A stretch of 63,037 bases of DNA, filler included. It is 5 parts of 5 records of this genome, joined end to end, with 100 filler letters (N's around TTAATTAATTAA, not from the genome) between each part and the next. Parts side by side here need not be neighbours in the genome. Positions count along the whole stretch, not along the records: positions 32,112 to 63,037 come from DRR723986_9216; 4 more parts are not named here. One strand, given 5' to 3'. The translations under genes and the position numbers were made by a program. Below are positions 53,175-63,037 of the stretch, in pieces (positions within the stretch are counted from its first letter, which is position 1; each line of letters opens with the position of its first letter). The notes under the pieces were generated by a model that ran no database searches, was not told the DNA's origin, and worked only from the letters and a program-made list of their open reading frames with translations.

Positions 53175-55586
53175 CTATTTATAGTGTTGAAGTATTAACT
53201 GAAAAAATTCTAATTCCACTTCTAAAAAATTGATTTTTGTATACATTCTATCATAAAAGCTTTTTTTAGTTTGTTGCTGCAAGCGGACTCACTTACAGAT
53301 TTTTGTACCATATGCGATAGAGCCGTAAGAGCGAAGAGTTCTTCTTTGTTGACGGCGAAAAAGTGTTGGGTTTGATTCCATAGTCCGTAAAACATATAAG
53401 GGTACAGACTTTTGGCTTGTGTTTGTTGTTGCAGACGGCTCAGACACAACCGAAGGGGCAAACGTCGCAGAAGCTGGCGATTGTTTTGCGCTGGCCTGCG
53501 TGCTCCCGTTTGCAGAGCTTTCAAACGCTCCTGGCTCTTGTTGCGTACATAATCGTTTGAATCTTAAAAAATTTCGTTGTTCTCTTTCAAAGGCTTTTCT
53601 CCCGGACGCAAGAAGGGTTTGTGCATCAAATCGATGACGAGCTTGTGGCGTGGCCGCAATGTTGGAACCGAATCGAAGAAAATTTGGTTTTGTTTGCATT
53701 CAGGAAGACACTCGCAATAAAGATACCAAGGGCCAAAGAACGTATATGCTTTGATTATATCCAACAGAGTCAAAAACTGGAAGGTGCACCTGCAAAACAT
53801 GAGGTTCTTGTGGAACAACGGTTGCTGGGACGCTCCCGCTTCGGCTACTTGCAATGTGAGACCCTTGAACAGTTGAAGTCGCAGCTGTCGCAACACCAGA
53901 AACTTGTGTGTCTCCCGCATATTGGTTCACAAACGCGTGCGTGCCGGACACGGTTCATCTTGGAATTAAATGCATATTGCGATAAACCATATAAAAAATT
54001 TCTGTAAATCGTTTTATCTTTAAGGCTTCTATGTAATCGAACAGCAGTTTTTCCGTTTGTGCAGCATCACGTTCTTGCTTCGCCTCTGAGTTTGCAACTT
54101 GCGCGGTTGCGGGACTTGATCAAAGCACGCTCAAGTTTTCTTTTGGAAATTTTCGTAAGAGCATGGTTCTTTTATGATTCCCTAGAAAATGAGCACGCTC
54201 GTATCTTGAGGACACCAACTCTCTTTCAACATGTCCTCCCCTTACGACGTTTGCGGGCGCAACGCTCTTTAGATAACCCGATAAACAAAGTTTATCGGCC
54301 AAGTCTATACGCGCACCGGGTCAAGTTACAGTTTTACCGTTAACTTTAACGTGTCCATGACCAATAAGCTGTCGGACTTGTAATGCGGAAAACGAAGCAG
54401 CCGGGGATTTGACTTGATATCGGGAAGATGCTAGCATCCGCTTTTGCTTGAATTTATTTTCGCCATGCCGCAGCTCGGTGGGCTGTTTACCGGCAGCGGG
54501 TGCAGGCGTAGCAGAAACAGCATCGGAATGCAAGACTCGCAATAAGGTACTGTCAAGTCGCTGTTCTAAAGTTGAAATCAAAGATTTAACGACTTCATTT
54601 TTGTTCCTTGTTCCGCCTTCCAGCTGTGTCCGGCGTCCATGTGTTCCCAACAGGAGAGAGGTTGGTTTGTTCATACACACACTTAAACGGCCGAGTTGAC
54701 GCCGCCGAGGTGTTTGACTTTCCGCTACTATATTTCTTAAAGCTTTTGCACTTAGATGTCTATAATATGCTCTCAAGAGCCTGCGGCTCAAAAGTCCCGC
54801 TAATGCAGGGCGGAAAGACATAGTATGATATTTTTGTGAGGCTGTGGGACGCTGCGGTTGAGACACAGTCGCCGTTGCAGAACCCTTTTTTTTGGGGGGG
54901 GCGAAGAAAAAAGCGCCGCTATCGCGGGTATACCGTCGTGGAAACTTACAAATTATATTGAAGAGGTATGAATTTATTTTATATTTCTTCTTTCTTTCCG
55001 TTCGTTCAGTTCGGAACTTGAGCCCGTTGCCATGTTGTTTCGGTCTCCGTAAGAGCATTGCTTCAGTCGAAGGCGCGTCTTCTCCGATGAGTGCAGGAGG
55101 CGCTGGTTCAGACACACTTGATTCTGAAACAAAATACTGCTGACGTCCGCGTAAAGGAAGGACTCTTTCTTTCTTTAAATAATATTCACGTTTTACTCGG
55201 TTATAACTAACTCCCGAAAGAGCGTAAAGTTTTTTTTTTTGTGAGGTGCCAGAACATAATGTCCTTCTGTACGTGCTTCGCCTCGAAAGGCGAAGCATGC
55301 TAAATAGTTTTCTATAGAATTTTTGTTTTCCTCTGATCCCGCTGGCGGCGACAAATCTTTTTCCCTGATGTCTTGTTGTGTTGAAACTTTTCGTTTCAAC
55401 AGACCCAGCGTGGGTCGTAGAAGAGTCGCATAAGTAGCGCATGCTCGGACCAGATCCGAGCACGCGAAGCGTTGGAAGGTGGAAACTTCCGGGCACAATT
55501 GCGGGACCATTTACAGAGAATTTAACGTTTTGCTGTGTGTTTGTCCTTGTTTTTTTTCTTCCTTGATGTAGATGGTATTGGTTCAT
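53175..55586 (-). CDS. rps4: Expanded ribosomal protein S4 (about 803 aa; start uncertain)
   Basis: LRAYY..L, LEQRLDSTLLR, RQLIGHGHVKVNGK; frame traced through TGA codons to TAG at 53175-53177. Confidence 0.85.
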
Positions 55587-55946
55587 CACAAGAATTGAAG
55601 AGTTGAACCCATTGTTTTGGCTTAACCTTGGGACATTGGTTCAGCACACCTCAGCAGGCATACCGTGCTTGTGCCTGCATTTTTTGGATCCGCAGCTTTG
55701 CGTCGTAGAAGCGCTGAAATGTCGTCGTCCCACAAAGCACGCACAAGAGGACAAAGCTCCGAGCATCAGCACCACGAGGCCAAACACCAACAAAGGGGCG
55801 CTCAGCGCTTGGGGTTAAATGTTGAACGTTTCGGAAATTTGCAACAGATGAGCGCGTTGGACCAACAGAAGTCCTGAGCTACGCCGCGTTAGGTCGCCCT
55901 TGGCGTACGGAGTTTGTCTCAAAAACAACAGACAAGCCCACGGCCT

Positions 55947-57251
55947 TTATCCACGAGACCTGTTGTGTTTTGCTTTGTCCTTCGTCCTTGTTTTTTTTCG
56001 GGCGGGAGCAATTCGAGCATAGCTTGTTGGTTTTCCTTTTGTTAACTTTCCTCACGGGCTAACGGGGTGTTTACCGCCTTTAGATCGACCTTCACCACCT
56101 CCGTGCGGGTGATCTATTGGATTCATCGCAACTCCACGAACTGTGGGTCTTTTATTTCGTCAACGATTTTGACCTGCTTTTCTCAATTTCAAATTTCGGT
56201 GCGACTCGTTTCCAATAGTTCCGATGGTCGCCATTGATTCACCAGACAAACTATAAACATGTCCGGAACTCAATCGAATTATGACATTCTCCTCTTTTCT
56301 TCGACGAGAACGTCCCGCGCTGTTATTGGCAGGATCCCCTGTTTGTGAAGCTGGGAATGGGAGAGACTGTGTGTTTGCTCGCCCATTGGGGCCGTCCGCC
56401 CTTTCCGATGCATTGTCCCGTTTAATGATCTTTGCAAAAGTTCCAGCAGCTCGAGCTAACTTGCCGCCTTGACCTGGTTTTAATTCGATATTATGTATCA
56501 ATGTGCCGACCGGGATTTTCCCCAAAGGTAGTGCATTTCCAGCTTTTATTTCGGCAAGTGGTCCTGCGGTAATGGTATCCCCGTATGATAAATGTTTTGG
56601 TGCTAGAATGTACGATAAAATTCCATTCTTGTAATTTACTAACGCAATTTCTGATGTTCTATTCGGGTCATATTCTATTCGTTTTATGATTCCCGGACAA
56701 TCTAAAAGTGAACGCTTAAAATCGATGATTCTATATAATTTTTTGTTTCCACCACCACGATGAAATGCTGTGATTCGACCTTGATTATTACGACCACCTG
56801 AGCGTAGCTTGCCACGTGTCAAACCGCGCACCTTTGTTTCTGCGAGTCCGGGAGCGACGGTTGTTGTTTTCCCGGCAACTGCGGCTTCGCCACCTTTGGT
56901 TGCTGCGTCTTGCTGGACGGTGGTTGCAATTGCGGCAACCTTGGCAGCTTTTGATGCGCCTCCGTCGCCTGCACAAAGAGACGAAAGTCAGCGTTTTGTG
57001 TGTAGCCTTAACCCCGATTCGTAGGACGGGCGGCAAAACTTGGATGTTTCTAAATTTGTTAGTTGAGACCGTCTTCAAATCCCACTGGGAATATTGATTG
57101 TCGTTGTGACACGTGTTGTTCTCGGATTTGTGCCTCATAGTGTACCCTTGACAATTTCATGTTGTCGTCGGCGTAGCAATTTCTGAAAGAAAAGAACAAT
57201 CAGCAAAAGAGCAGGTGAAACAGTGTTCATGGCTTCAGTTTTGGCAGGCAT
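55947..57251 (-). CDS. rpl2: Ribosomal protein L2 with N-terminal extension and internal insertion (start uncertain)
   Basis: [29 protein letters not shown]...[28 protein letters not shown] at 57251 has the same CGAAAATG context as rps12. Confidence 0.9.
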
Positions 57252-57314
57252 TTTCGTTGACCCAAAGTTTGGCGCCTCACAGGGCGCTTGTTGAGTCGTG
57301 TCTCGGCCGCGAAG

Positions 57315-57698
57315 CTAAGCTTTGCTTTGTCTTCGGACTCCATACTTTGACCGCTTTTTCCGGCGAGAACTCCCTGCAACGTTTTTAAAATCTAAAACTC
57401 CACTCAATAAATGATACTTAACTCCAGGTAAATCCTTGACTCGTCCTCCCCTGATTAAAACAACAGAATGTTCCTGTAACGTATGGCCTTCTCCGGGTAT
57501 ATAGCCTATAACTTTATGATCCGTACTCAATAGCACGTTTGTTACTTTTCTTTTCGCTGAGTTTGGTTTCTTTGGATTTCTTACGTACACTCGAAGACAA
57601 ACACCCTTTCTTTGTGGTGCTCCTTCTAATGCGGGTGACTTTGAAGAAATTAACTTTTTTCTTCGTGGATTTTTAACCAATTGATGAATTGTTGGCAT
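57315..57698 (-). CDS. rps12: Ribosomal protein S12
   Basis: [31 protein letters not shown]. Confidence 0.97.
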   Translation of the reverse strand: MPTIHQLVKNPRRKKLISSKSPALEGAPQRKGVCLRVYVRNPKKPNSAKRKVTNVLLSTDHKVIGYIPGEGHTLQEHSVVLIRGGRVKDLPGVKYHLLSGVLDFKNVAGSSRRKKRSKYGVRRQSKA

Positions 57699-57807
57699 TT
57701 TCGTCGAAGGTGACAGCCGCCCGACATTCCCCGCCGCTGTGCCAGGCCGGCGCGCAGCGCGGAATGTAGAACAGAGGACAAAATTTTGTTGGAACCGGCA
57801 CAGAAAT

Positions 57808-57889
57808 TGCCCGAAGAGGGACTTGAACCCTCAAGCCGTGAAGCGCTGGAACCTAAATCCAGTATGTTTACCAATTTCATCATTCGGGC
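57808..57889 (-). tRNA. trnL: tRNA-Leu(UAG)
   Basis: Acceptor GCCCGAA/TTCGGGC, anticodon loop TTTAGGT, long variable arm. Confidence 0.93.
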
Positions 57890-58122
57890 ATTTGCTCGCA
57901 GATCCTTTGGTCGCGAGCCTTTTGGATGAAAAAACAAAATGCGACAGGTTGAGCCATCGCCGACGACCGAACTAACGTCGTCTCTCGACGACAACCGGCG
58001 TTGGAACAATTTGAAACCAACGACAGGACAAGCCCAAGCAATCGTTTCGTTTTAAACCTTTGCTTCGCAGCCCGAAGCGGTTAAGCCCCCAAGACAAGCA
58101 AACGGCGGAACGGGGCGGGAAA

Positions 58123-58668
58123 CTAAAGCATACGTTTAGACTGAGAAATAATTTTTTTGCCGCAATTTTTTGCTCTAAGATCTCTTGTGACAGGACCGAA
58201 GACACGAGAACCGATTGGGTTATTTTGACTATCAATTAATACAACATCATTGGTTTGAAAAATTAGAGAACCATGCTTGGCAGTTGTTGTTGTGCCGTCA
58301 CATGTTGTTATTCCCATTTTTCGTTTACCACTGCTTCGACCCCGAATTCTCTGTATCGAAGCAGCCTTTGTACCACTTTTTGTACGTATTATCAAAGCTT
58401 TATAAATTTGACCTTTTCGAATGCTACCTCCAGATGCTTTTCCTGTTGCTTTTTTTTTGAGTGCACCTCCTTTTGTGCTGGCACCAGAAGGTACTCTTAC
58501 ATTTGAATTTTTTCTGTCCAAACCAGCATTTAATTTAAGACTTTTAATGGATACAAGAATACAATCACCAATATACGCGAATTTAGATTTGTTTAATATT
58601 TTTATACATTTTACGGTTTTAGCTCCCGAATTATCAGCTACTCTTAAGATACTTTGTGGTTGAATCAT
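58123..58668 (-). CDS. rpl14: Ribosomal protein L14 with two basic insertions (181 aa)
   Basis: MIQ.QS.L.VADNSGAK, IGD.I.VS.K, PIGSRVFGPV.R.LR. Confidence 0.93.
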   Translation of the reverse strand: MIQPQSILRVADNSGAKTVKCIKILNKSKFAYIGDCILVSIKSLKLNAGLDRKNSNVRVPSGASTKGGALKKKATGKASGGSIRKGQIYKALIIRTKSGTKAASIQRIRGRSSGKRKMGITTCDGTTTTAKHGSLIFQTNDVVLIDSQNNPIGSRVFGPVTRDLRAKNCGKKIISQSKRML

Positions 58669-59239
58669 TTTGCGCGGTGGCGGTTCTGTGTTCAAAGGGC
58701 AGAAGACGCATCTCGTCTTCTTTGAAAACATTTTCCCGTTGGGTTCGAGCTTGTTTTGGCGGGCCGGGATAATGCAATGCTTCGCCCGGCGCTCGCGGTT
58801 TGTGTTTTGCGTGTGCTGTTGTTTGTGTTTGTGCTCGGGTTTGCTCGCGGATGTGCCGAAGGTCAACGAAAACCGCAGCATTTTGCTTGCATGGTTCGAC
58901 AAGAGTGTCTCCGAAGGCAGAACAGGGTTCCGCTCGACCAAGTCCGAAGACGTCGCAGGTTCGACACAAGTTCAACACAGGCTTGCACGGTACAGGCTGG
59001 CAAAGCGCGACGCAAAAAAAATCCCAATTCTTCGTGAACGAGTTTAGTCCCAAACGAAATGTTCTTGCCAGCCTTTTGGCTTCATTCCCCTCTTTCGGTG
59101 CAGAACAACATCCGTTCTTCTCGCGACATGACAAGCAAAGATCCTCTTTCGCGACCGAAACCACGTGGGCACTATTCCATATTCCCCATTTCCTCAAGGG
59201 AAGATGGAATGCCGAAGGGGAATAAATTCAACATAAGGC

Positions 59240-60670
59240 TTAGTGTAAATTAAAGGCATCATTTATGTAAATACATAACAACACTGAAAAAATGTAAGCT
59301 TGTAAAAACGCAATTGCAATTTCTAGGCCAGTTACTAGAAAAATAATCACACATGGTATCAAGAAAATACCTCAGAAAGAGACAGCTGCTCAAGCGAAAG
59401 TAGATAATATTTTTAAGAGGGTGTGACCGGACATTAAATTAGCAAATAGTCGAATAGATAAGCTTAATACACGGAACACGTAAGAAACTAACTCTATAAA
59501 TACTAATAAGGGTGCAAGAGCAAGCGGTGCACCAGGAGGAAAGAATAGACTTAAGAAGTGTCTACGGTTTTTCAAAATACCTAAAATATTAATCCCAATG
59601 AAGATGGCTAACGCAACAGAAAACGTTACAATCAAATGGCTTGTCACAGTAAAGCTATATGGAATCATTCCAAACAGATTACAGATTAATATAATCAAAA
59701 AAGTTGTAAAAATTAAAGGAAAATATTTGATACCTTTAGGTCCAGCATTTTCATTTACAACGCCAAGAATAATTTCATAGAGTATTTCTAAGATTGTTTG
59801 TCAATTATTCGTTGAAATCAGCGTCATAGATCCGCCCGCGTGCGGGCGCGACGAATCGGCAATGTTAGAACCGGATCCTCTTTTGCTGTGTGGAACCGCA
59901 GCAATGGCTGACGTCAAAAGAAACGTCGAAAGGATGAAACCAAGAGATAATCAAATTGTTGAAGTATTTAGGGAAAATATTAAATAAGAAAAATCTTTTG
60001 TGCTTAAATAAAATAAATGCTCTGTTGTGTTAGAATAAACCCACATCAAAGCCGCGGACGCGACTTCCGCCGCGGTTAGATAGGCGTAGACGAAGGCAAC
60101 GCCAATTGAGCTAGAAATTAAGGCAAGGTTTCCTCCCACAAACGCCGCGCGATAACCATCCCCTCCTTCGACGATAGGAGCAACGGCCCCTTCGTTGGTA
60201 AGCCCAGACCATATCTGCGAAAGACCAAAAACACTAGGCAAAAGAAGATAACAATCTGTAGAGTTTGAGTTTGAAACCGTTAGTTTCAGGTAAGCAGTAA
60301 ATCACGCATGGGTTAATAGACTCCAAAGCGGACCGTAAAGAAAATCAACAATTGCAAATACATGAACCGCGCCAGTTTCCATGAGGGGCATTTTGGATAC
60401 CCCAAGGGCCAACATTGCCGTCACAGGACCTGCGACACTCATTGCTGTCTGGATGGTCACTGTAAGGGCGCCGATTGCAATTCTAAAGATGGGCAGGTTT
60501 TCTGCCAAAGCGACAAAGATAGCCTGAAGCGCTGACGAAGGCATCTCATACAACGTGTACCAAACCAAGAATGATAGCCTTGCTGAGGCCACTTCAAAAT
60601 TGCTTATATTTGTTAGAGAAAAATCATATAAGGATAATACATTAAATTGCTCTAATGGCGAAATTATCAT
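59240..60670 (-). CDS. atp6: ATP synthase subunit a with large N-proximal insertion (about 476 aa)
   Basis: SPLEQF start, NNWQ, NLFGMIPYSFTVTSH, SLSIRLFAN.MSGH, ends DAFNLH*; three listed ORFs join in frame across TGA. Confidence 0.92.
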
Positions 60671-61608
60671 ATGCATTTTTTTGACGCCCAAGTCCGACTT
60701 TGTGGGTGGATAACGCCCGCCAGCGAGCGTTTTTCGTTTGCTAAGCCCGACGCGTGTGTTTTGCTTCGCGTTTTGGTTGTGCTTGTCACAAAAGCCTTCA
60801 CACTCTGACAAAAAGGCGAAGCAAAAAGCGCGCCCAAACAAACGTGTGCTGTACGCTGGCCGACTGTGCCCGAAGGACCTCCGGCAGATGAGGGGGCGGG
60901 CGCAGGCGATGGCGGCGCCCGCGGTGCCGCGTTGAAGAAAATATGTATGAACACGAACTGGACTCGTATCGCGGCGGTTGAACCAGAGTGGGCGCAGCAG
61001 AAGAAAGGTTCATGTTAGAACTGGAGGGAGCCGTGAGCGCCGTTGTGCGGATTCTGCACGGGATGTGTTTGGCTGGCCGTGAGGGTTTGTGCTTGTTGGC
61101 CCACGTTCTTACAAAGAACCAACAGCGAGCAAAAACACAAGCAGACCGGTGAAGCCAAATACGGCGGGGGGCGTAGTCGTTGTTGTTGGTGCAATTTAAC
61201 AGACAAAAGCATCACTTTTTGGGGCAGGGGGTTATGCTGGCGCCCTCGGTTCCGAGCCGGTGCTTTTTAACAGCCACCCCGGATTGACAGGACGAAAAAA
61301 AGTCATACGTTTCAGCCTTCCGAGAATGACAGTCGGGGCATGCTGGCAGTTTTGTGTTTATCCCCGTTTGAGCGTGTGTTTGAACTCGAAGCCGAAGGAG
61401 CACCAAGAAAACGTTTTCGGACACACCGGGCTTGTCCATTCTCTCTGCAAAATGCCGTCTTCAACGAGCTCTGATTGTCCGCGCCACTCTCTAAGCAGGC
61501 AAAAATTGCCTGCCAATTTCTGCCTTCGGCGGCGGGGTCGTACAAGTTGTTGATGATGGTGGCAACGTCCGCTGCCATGTCAAGCATTTTTGCTCGCACA
61601 AAATGGAT

Positions 61609-62956
61609 TTATGCGAAAGATAGCGAGCAAAAACTTATAATAAAGATGAAATGCAAGGTCAGGTCAGAGGGTCCTGTTACAGCTGCCGAGGTGGAACCGT
61701 TTCCTCAAAACGGTGCGCCTCCTCAGGTTCCGGCGAGAAGTATTAGAAGTAACAACGTTATAGCAATTAGGATTATAAAAGCATAATGATACACAAATCC
61801 TGTTTGAAGTTTGCTGAAGGTTTTTGAGAAAAAGGTTGTCGCACGAGCAATTCCATACGGTCCTAAATACGCAATTCATCCTAAATCTAATAGGCGAAAT
61901 GAGGTATGGTAACCGAAAGACAAGACTTTTTGTACGATAAAGCGATTATAAAAATCATCAAAGTGTCACTTTTGGTTAAAGAAGCTGTAGGCTTGCACGA
62001 TTGGCGTCTGTGTACAAAACCGATAAAACATTAAACTTTTTTGAAGAGATGCTTGTCCAATGCCAGAGGCGCTCTTGTTCGTCGAACCAAATGCTCCGCC
62101 CGCAAGAAAAAACGCTGTTGTGTGGTACGCAAAGAAGATACCAATATGGCTAAATACAAACGGTATTAACTTGACGTGATACGGTAAATATTCTGCTTCT
62201 AAAAACACAATGTTCGAGCTCAGCGCGAACAAGGATTGTCCTCAGAACGGAGAACCTAAACCAATAATCATATCTTTAGTCAAATAACCAACAAATAAAC
62301 TTCCAAATGCTAAAAGTACAAGTGGCAGACCCATGAGTATATTTGCTTCATGCATCGGGTGTCCGGGTGTAGAACAAATAAACTGTTTAAATGAGTTATT
62401 CTTGCTTAGGAATGTCAAGAACACTAAACGGTAAGAATAAAACGTTGTGAATGACACGGTAATTGTTCCCAGTCAGTAAGCTAGATTGTTTACACCCATG
62501 AAATGCAGTTTCGAACAGGCAATTTCTAGAATAAAGTCCTTAGAGTAGTAACCTGTCAAAAAAGGAAAGCCTATCAGTGCAAACGACCCTATAAGTGTAG
62601 CTGTATATGTAAAAGGAAGTATTCTGTTTAACGCTCCCATTCTACGCATATCTTGTTCGTCGTGCATCGCGTGTATAATTGAACCTGCACTTAAGAATAG
62701 TAGCGCTTTGAAAAACGCGTGGTTCATTAGGTGAAACATTGTCACGGAATAGGATGATAGTCCACATGCAAACACCATATATCCTAACTGGCTACATGTT
62801 GAATACGCGATAACACGTTTTAAATCATTTTGAAAGGCTCCTGTCGTCGCTGCAAAGAATGATGTAAGCGCACCAATGAAGGTAATAAGAACCAATGTGC
62901 TCGGTGCGTATTCATACAAAGGGGAACACCTTACAATTAAAAATACACCAGCGGTT
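61609..62956 (-). CDS. nad5: NADH dehydrogenase subunit 5, 3' exon
   Basis: [47 protein letters not shown] at 61609-61611. Confidence 0.95.
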
Positions 62957-63037
62957 CATTCGTGTTTTCCTGTGGAGCAGCTCCGCCTCTTTATAAAAAG
63001 ATCAACGACGAACGAACGAACGAACGAACGAACGAAC
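62957..63037 (-). mobile_element. 3' end of a probable group I intron in nad5 (nad5-717-type site)
   Basis: Coding similarity stops inside the Val codon of ATMV|TAG; last intron base is G; small hairpin GGAGC-T-GCTCC upstream. Confidence 0.7.
63009..63037 (+). repeat. (CGAA)7 microsatellite running to the window end
   Basis: Seven perfect CGAA units read directly. Confidence 0.95.

Noticed and set aside
61267-61599. ORF directly downstream of nad5
   Set aside because: No recognisable homology and it includes a dispersed-repeat copy; treated as spacer.

Overview
The window is not one locus. It is five unrelated contigs joined by artificial 100-nt N spacers carrying TTAATTAATTAA. (1) 1-8922: Rhodobacteraceae-like core genes (grpE end, mutS, maeB, ribokinase, msrA, argG). 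(2) 9023-17276: gammaproteobacterial-like contig with an outer-membrane barrel, an HD-GYP sensor, an esterase and an Ig-domain protein. (3) 17377-23051: very GC-rich Rhodobacteraceae-like contig (phaC, metal-efflux pair, LacI regulator, ycaQ). (4) 23152-32011: Rhodobacteraceae-like contig (yejAB, cycM, pheA, nudC, cpdB, SRP RNA). (5) 32112-63037: 31 kb of a gene-rich protist mitochondrial genome, with all identified genes on the minus strand and UGA read as Trp, which is why the supplied ORF track fragments it. Re-translated by hand with UGA=Trp, it encodes greatly expanded proteins: Rps3 about 1688 aa, Rps4 about 803 aa, Atp6 about 476 aa, Nad2 about 648 aa, Rpl2 up to 434 aa. The in-frame insertions share short repeats with the intergenic DNA. 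It also carries a group I intron with a LAGLIDADG ORF in atp1 and the 3' end of a probable group I intron at the nad5-717-type site. Taxonomic labels are impressions from gene content and composition; no searches were run.
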